The position numbers and the translations under genes are program-made. DNA of 61,597 nt, the filler included, from Globobulimina sp. (lineage: Eukaryota), in assembly GCA_003354225.1 (NCBI GenBank). It is 11 parts of 11 records of this genome, joined end to end, with 100 filler letters (N's around TTAATTAATTAA, not from the genome) between each part and the next. Parts side by side here need not be neighbours in the genome. Positions count along the whole stretch, not along the records: positions 56,097 to 61,597 come from PIVH01000539.1; 10 more parts are not named here. The stretch is one strand, 5' to 3'. Below are positions 56,098 through 61,597 of the stretch, piece by piece. Under the pieces are notes generated by a model, which worked only from the letters and a program-made list of their open reading frames with translations, searched no databases and was not told where the DNA came from. How positions within the stretch are numbered: the first letter of the stretch is position 1; every line of letters begins with the position of its first letter.

Positions 56098-58317
56098 CGA
56101 TTATCGTATCGAAAAAATAAGAAATTAATTCATTTTGATCCAATCACCGCATTAAATACCATTGATATTATACAATTATTAGGCAAATATTGGTTACGTT
56201 ATATATGTCTATTATTGCCAACATTAAATAAATTTATACTTTTAAGAGTCTGTAAAACATTTCATTCGTTTTTAACACTCGAAATTGGCAAAGAAGACAC
56301 GCCGGAACCACCACCATTTGATTCCCATATATATAAAGACTTTGCGTCGATGCAATTAGTAATTGAAGATATTATACACCACGACACGAGCACGCAACAG
56401 ATACAATTATCAGACTCAACTACAGATATCATTACGTATAACGATGGCAATCATAAAATAGATAATGATAAAAATTTGAAAAAAAAAATATATCGAAAAA
56501 AAAAGAAACAAAAATCGAACGGTATTAATTTTAATGATTCATTTGCATTTAAGCAAAGAGGTTTGAGTAAAGATGAAGAATTTTTATGGAATGAATTGTG
56601 TAAAACTGAAGCTATGGTAAAATATATGGATAATATTCATCATAACGCAAAGACAAAGTATGCATACGAGGGAAGAATGGATATCACCAATAAAATGCAT
56701 CAAACTATAAAACAATTGCAAATCAATTATAAGTCGGAAAAATGCGAAACAAAAACGGATAATTGTATTCTATGGATATTTGCCAGTCCGATTGGTGAAG
56801 AAAGACAAGCATTGGATTTAGAAACAAGGAAATTAATTAAAAAAGCCGATGAAGAATTATTTTATAAACACATTATTGACAATAATTTATATGTTGAAAA
56901 TGTTGGTAAAATAAATTTATACAACAAACGGTTTAATAGACGGACATCATTCGAATTAAATATAATTTCATATTTTTTGAAGTTTCAGACTAAATTAATT
57001 GAGATTTATATTGGAAGTGATTTAATAAATAACAATGATTATTATTATCGAGATGATAATGATAAAGACGATTTTTATCTAATTTTAAGCAATTTATTCC
57101 ATCTCGATATGAGTTTGAATGATAGGAATAAGATATCCTTATTTTTATCGCCAATAATTGGATCAGAATTTAATAATTTAATATCATTACAATTGAGTGC
57201 ATGCAATTTAAATGATAGTGATTTGCATTCATTGTGTTTGGCTTTGCAAATAAATAAGCATTCATCACTGCAAATATTAAGTTTAGCGGAGAATAAAGAG
57301 ATAAGTGATGCATATATGGATGAATTATTCCAAACCATTGCCAATTTCTTAGGCAATATCATGTGTTTAATGTTATATGACACAGCAATTACGGATGAAA
57401 CCTGTTTAACCATTTTAAATTTTTATAAAGCACAATTTAGTAAAAACGAAATTAAAAAAGATAAACATTTACGCGAAATAAATAAAAAATATCAACACAT
57501 TGATATTTTTAAGAAAGAATTGGCTGTGATCAAAAATTCAGGCATTGTGTCATGGAAACATAAAAACGAAGGTATTGGACAATTTATGTATAATATTGCC
57601 GATGATTATGGTTTAATACATAAATATTATCCAGAAACAAGAGATAATAATCCAAATAATGCAAAATGGGAGAAATTATATGGTGAAATATTATCAGTCC
57701 ATAATTTTGTAATTTCAACCGAAGCAATTATTGAATTGTATGAAAGAAAAATAGAAATTAATGAATTGGAGAAAGAGCAAAAACTATTAAATACGCCATT
57801 TGTGACGAAAAGAAGTAAACTGCGGCAAATAAGATTGCATTTGAATGCAGGTATTACACGAACTGGTTTTTTTACATTAAATGATATTTTTAGACGCGGA
57901 TATATTCATAAAAAAGATAGTGAAGCTGTCATATTAATTGATGGCTTTGTTGACAATAATTTAGATAAAATACAAAAATATAAAGAATGGTTATCCGATA
58001 ATCATAAAAATCTAAAAGAATTTAATAATTTAGCTATAACAATTAAAGAAATTGATAATGAAATTAAAGGAATTAATAGAAAAATAGCGCAAAGTAATAA
58101 TAATAAATTATTAATAGCAAATAGGACAAAATTAACAAAAGAAAAGGAGAAATTAATAAATAGAAGGTTTGAATTGAATGATTTAATAAATGAGGCAAAA
58201 AAAGAGCCAATGACTGATCCAAAACGTGATCCAAAATGGGATAAAAGATTAATGAGCAATTGGTCAAATGTGTGGAATAAATGGATTGATTTAATGGCAT
58301 ACAAAAATTTCATTTAA
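56098..58317 (+). CDS. F-box-like plus RNI-type LRR protein with coiled-coil C-terminus; 5'-truncated
   Basis: Frame is open from the contig start. F-box-like ..LLRVCKTF. LRRs LISLQLSACNLND, LQILSLAENKEISD and LMLYDTAITD. Confidence 0.7.
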   Translation, partial: RLSYRKNKKLIHFDPITALNTIDIIQLLGKYWLRYICLLLPTLNKFILLRVCKTFHSFLTLEIGKEDTPEPPPFDSHIYKDFASMQLVIEDIIHHDTSTQQIQLSDSTTDIITYNDGNHKIDNDKNLKKKIYRKKKKQKSNGINFNDSFAFKQRGLSKDEEFLWNELCKTEAMVKYMDNIHHNAKTKYAYEGRMDITNKMHQTIKQLQINYKSEKCETKTDNCILWIFASPIGEERQALDLETRKLIKKADEELFYKHIIDNNLYVENVGKINLYNKRFNRRTSFELNIISYFLKFQTKLIEIYIGSDLINNNDYYYRDDNDKDDFYLILSNLFHLDMSLNDRNKISLFLSPIIGSEFNNLISLQLSACNLNDSDLHSLCLALQINKHSSLQILSLAENKEISDAYMDELFQTIANFLGNIMCLMLYDTAITDETCLTILNFYKAQFSKNEIKKDKHLREINKKYQHIDIFKKELAVIKNSGIVSWKHKNEGIGQFMYNIADDYGLIHKYYPETRDNNPNNAKWEKLYGEILSVHNFVISTEAIIELYERKIEINELEKEQKLLNTPFVTKRSKLRQIRLHLNAGITRTGFFTLNDIFRRGYIHKKDSEAVILIDGFVDNNLDKIQKYKEWLSDNHKNLKEFNNLAITIKEIDNEIKGINRKIAQSNNNKLLIANRTKLTKEKEKLINRRFELNDLINEAKKEPMTDPKRDPKWDKRLMSNWSNVWNKWIDLMAYKNFI

Positions 58318-58418
58318 TTCCACTGTTTTTTTATATTGTCCTCCACAACGACCTTGTTCTGGCCTTCTGGGATTAGTCAATTGCAAGTAGATACTGTAGA
58401 GTTGGATAATCAACATCA

Positions 58419-59117
58419 TTATGTAATTTGATGCCACACATTCGATATTGTGCCACCATTGTTATTATTGAATAAAAACATAAGCACTCCGTTGTGTGCA
58501 CATTGAGCATTCCTTTGTGTGATAGTAAATGGTACAGCTGCCCTCATCATATTATTATCGCCCTCTTCTTTCCATACTCTCCCAGTACTTAATATATATT
58601 CCCAATATGGGTGAGATGTACGTTGGTTATATCTAATTACAGGAATTATGTGTGATCCTTCTTGGACTATGTCAGCTGATATTTGTGCTATGTATCGTCG
58701 TTGGGGATTATTGCCATAACCATACCAATCAACGACTGTTTCAAATCCAATTTGTGATGATAATAATATTGATAAAGTGCCTGAAAATTCAATGTCGGGT
58801 TCAGCTGCATTTTCGGGTAATGCCATGGCTGAATAATCCACATATGATGAAGGCGGATTTGCATTGCCCATCAAAACATTATATGTTAAATCATCTCGTA
58901 ATACTTGACCGTCACCATTTAATTTATTGTATGCTGAAGAAAATCCATTTGATTCTGAATTTGATGATGATGGTATATACAATATGCATAAAATAACGAT
59001 AATTATTAAACTAAAAATTGCTCCGCCTATTGAGATATAACGACAATGTTTACTGCGTTTACTATATTTTGTGTTATTAGTAGCCGTCAATAATTGCGAG
59101 TTAGTGGACACTTCCAT
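58419..59117 (-). CDS. Membrane-anchored protein resembling the N-terminal part of bacterial serine-hydrolase/beta-lactamase-like proteins; apparently truncated
   Basis: Type II TM anchor, then HPYWEYIL..GRVWKE..D...RAAVPF....N..C.HNG..MFLF..HQI and an abrupt stop. Confidence 0.5.
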   Translation of the reverse strand: MEVSTNSQLLTATNNTKYSKRSKHCRYISIGGAIFSLIIIVILCILYIPSSSNSESNGFSSAYNKLNGDGQVLRDDLTYNVLMGNANPPSSYVDYSAMALPENAAEPDIEFSGTLSILLSSQIGFETVVDWYGYGNNPQRRYIAQISADIVQEGSHIIPVIRYNQRTSHPYWEYILSTGRVWKEEGDNNMMRAAVPFTITQRNAQCAHNGVLMFLFNNNNGGTISNVWHQIT

Positions 59118-59183
59118 TGCTTCACTTAAGAAAAACTGTAAATTGTAAACAATGTCAATATTGGTTGTTTAATAAAAATATGG

Positions 59184-60242
59184 TCAGCGAACATTATTTG
59201 AAATATGTCCAATAACTCTTTGACTCCATATCTCTTCGGACACATTAATCACTTCAAATTCTTTTAAAATTAGTGCAATTTTAACAGCTAATATATGTTT
59301 ACAAAATGGTAATATTGGTTGTTTAATAAAAATATCTTTTGGTCGTAAATGTTTTATTGAATATAATCTGCGCAAAATATTTTTATATTTTGTACATTGA
59401 CAAAAATGAATGCCATCTGTTCCTAAAAAAACAGTGTAATGTAATCTTGTTTTATTTTTGATGCATTTTAACATTTTATAGCTTGGATGCAAAGACAGAG
59501 AAACTGCAGGCAATGATAACACTCTTTTGTTAGTATTATTTTTTATTCTTTTTTCTTTCAATTTTTTGCATGATTTAATATATTTATATTTCCATTTCTT
59601 ACTATTTGTATTTTTTCTGTTGATTTTAATTTTTCTTTGTTGCTGTTCTCTTTCTTCCTGTTTTTGTTTTAATGCAAAAATTTGTGCATTTTTAAAGCTC
59701 ATATCGGTCATTTCCTGCTGCATTTTATCATTTTTTTCTTTTTGTTTTTTCATTTTTTTCTTAACTTTTCGCCATTGGATTCTCTCTTTTTTGTGTATCG
59801 CTTTTTCATTTGAAACAGAATAAAATATTTTATTAAATTGTTTTGAACGGATTTGTTTTACATATTTTCTATCGATAATCCGCATAATGTCCGATAATAA
59901 GTCATTTCCGATCATTGAAACTAATAATTTAAATTCACATATTTCTATTTTTTCATTTAAATTCATGATATTTTGTAATCGATCCAATTCGAAATCAATT
60001 ATACTTCCCGGTGATACAAATAAATTATTTTCATTTAAATCTCCAATATTATTATAACAATATTTTGAAATATATTCAGACTGCGATAAATCTAATTCTT
60101 TGTCTTTGTTTGCTTGAAAATAAAATCCATTTTCTTCTAATTCCAAAACATTAATAAACGACACATTTTGTGTGGACTGCATTTTTGTCTTTTCATCAGA
60201 TGGATTTACTTTTACTTTTACTTTGTGAGTTGTATTTTGCAT
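59184..60242 (-). CDS. SWIM zinc-finger protein, ZSWIM7/Sws1-like, with Lys-rich insertion
   Basis: FCQC...CKHILAV (CxC-x-CxH). L..MIG..L....RIID...V resembles the Sws1 N-terminal helix. Confidence 0.65.
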   Translation of the reverse strand: MQNTTHKVKVKVNPSDEKTKMQSTQNVSFINVLELEENGFYFQANKDKELDLSQSEYISKYCYNNIGDLNENNLFVSPGSIIDFELDRLQNIMNLNEKIEICEFKLLVSMIGNDLLSDIMRIIDRKYVKQIRSKQFNKIFYSVSNEKAIHKKERIQWRKVKKKMKKQKEKNDKMQQEMTDMSFKNAQIFALKQKQEEREQQQRKIKINRKNTNSKKWKYKYIKSCKKLKEKRIKNNTNKRVLSLPAVSLSLHPSYKMLKCIKNKTRLHYTVFLGTDGIHFCQCTKYKNILRRLYSIKHLRPKDIFIKQPILPFCKHILAVKIALILKEFEVINVSEEIWSQRVIGHISNNVR

Positions 60243-60289
60243 TAATTATTAAACAGTTTTTAAGTTGTATTAATGTGAAGCAAAGTTAG

Positions 60290-61375
60290 ATGGCAGAACA
60301 CAAAAAATATGGAAAGAAATGGATGGCAGAGGAAGAAGAGGAAAAGAAACATGTACAGATAAAAAAGGAAAATATCGATGAGGAAAAAGAAGGCAAAAAA
60401 CGAGAGCCATTTGCTGATGAAATTGAGTCAGAAGAAGAGAAAAGTCATCCACTTAAACAATACTCTGACATAGCAATAAAATTAGAAGAAATACGAGAAT
60501 TACATCTTGATGGTACATTATTTGATGCTTATGATAAAAGTGAAGAATTAATAGAATATATAAATGATAGATATGACGGTGATATATCAAACAAATATGA
60601 ATTACATCCACGTCGAATATTAATTAAATCGCAATTATGCGAAACAAACCGAATGCTTTCATTCATGACCTCATCGGGTGGCTGGACATTGTTTAGCGAC
60701 GATGGAATATGGCAAACAGAATGGCAGCCGAGCGATGACTCAGACTATGAGTCGTTTAGAATCACTGGAATTGGCAATGTTGCTTTGTATAATATATTAG
60801 CGGTGATTTATGAAATGGATTTGATTAAAACATGGATGCCTTTATGCAAAGAATCGATTGAATGCGGACAATCGAGCTTGCACTGTAAATGTGGTTTAAT
60901 TCGTGTTGGATTGTTTTGGCCATTTCAAGATCGGGAAACAGTATTATTTGGATATGGTGTGGATGACTTAAAAAATGGTAAATTATTAATTTATTTTGAC
61001 TCTCGTGAGGATCGCAATGTTAATATTAAAATACCGCCGTGCGTCGGTGGTAGATGTCGTGTTGATTTATATTTGGGTGGATTTTATTTTCAACGTTTAA
61101 CACAAAATACAACAAAAATTACGGTTGTATGGAACGCCGACCCAAAGATAACAGTTCCAATCACAATTCTAAATTGGTTTGCTGGTACATTTGCGAGTAC
61201 TTTGGTTTCGCAAATTGTTAAAGCCGCACAATTTGATGAAAATAGTGAATATTATAAAAGAATACAAAATAATCCAGAATTTTATGGGAAAATCAAACAA
61301 AAATTAAATCGAAGTAAAACAATATCTCAATTGTCGGCAACAGATCTGAAAGCAAATAATAATTCAAACAAATAA
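60290..61375 (+). CDS. START/SRPBCC lipid-binding domain protein
   Basis: AVIYEMDL..TWMP, WPFQDRE, GFYF, ADPK..VP..ILNW. Confidence 0.75.
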   Translation: MAEHKKYGKKWMAEEEEEKKHVQIKKENIDEEKEGKKREPFADEIESEEEKSHPLKQYSDIAIKLEEIRELHLDGTLFDAYDKSEELIEYINDRYDGDISNKYELHPRRILIKSQLCETNRMLSFMTSSGGWTLFSDDGIWQTEWQPSDDSDYESFRITGIGNVALYNILAVIYEMDLIKTWMPLCKESIECGQSSLHCKCGLIRVGLFWPFQDRETVLFGYGVDDLKNGKLLIYFDSREDRNVNIKIPPCVGGRCRVDLYLGGFYFQRLTQNTTKITVVWNADPKITVPITILNWFAGTFASTLVSQIVKAAQFDENSEYYKRIQNNPEFYGKIKQKLNRSKTISQLSATDLKANNNSNK

Positions 61376-61597
61376 TTTGTATCGTTCACTTCACTCAGCA
61401 ACACAAATCACCAAAGATAATGGATTTTGTTTGTTTTAAGTGCGCTGCAATAATTTGTGTACAATAATAGAAAGAATCATAAGATTCCTCAAAAATATGA
61501 ATACAAAATTTAAAAAAAAAAAACTATACAAAACTCAACAACAACTAAAAACATTAAAAAATGTTAATATATTATTTTATTAATTTATTTACTTCAC

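Noticed and set aside
1-61597. tRNA/rRNA genes or an alternative genetic code
   Set aside because: No cloverleaf or rRNA-like tract was recognised. TAA, TAG and TGA all end conserved proteins at the expected positions, and apparent breaks are explained by introns.

Overview
This is not one continuous locus. It consists of 11 unrelated ~5.5-kb contigs, sorted by decreasing length (5518 to 5501 nt) and joined by artificial 100-nt linkers (44 N + TTAATTAATTAA + 44 N), so adjacency across a linker has no biological meaning. The DNA is AT-rich, very gene-dense and eukaryotic, with the standard genetic code and short GT-AG introns (54-141 nt). Gene content and style suggest a protist, possibly a foraminiferan/rhizarian (inference). 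Metabolic and transport genes: sulfotransferase, SDR, cytochrome b5-fused desaturase, ABCC transporter, glutamine synthetase II, cytochrome b5, MFS transporter, OSCA/TMEM63 and a START-domain protein. Signalling and cell-biology genes: a TSP1/EGF/SEA-TM-WW receptor, Rab, class C GPCR, RING and Ubl proteins, TBC, 7TM-RGS, an NDR-like pseudokinase, RCC1, calponin/transgelin, DHHC-like, a polyQ protein, an ART-like protein, an LRR protein and ZSWIM7-like. Missed by the ORF track: spliced mitoribosomal mL41 and the 5' end of SLC33A1. Two contigs are retroelements. One is a DIRS/Ngaro-type RT-RNase H element with an HVDD active site and widely spaced ORFs. The other is an APE-RT-RNase H non-LTR element whose upstream ORF carries a PAM2 motif and nucleosome-anchor-like motifs. 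One contig end is a chimeric bacterial AMP nucleosidase fragment. All family calls come from motif recognition, not database searches.
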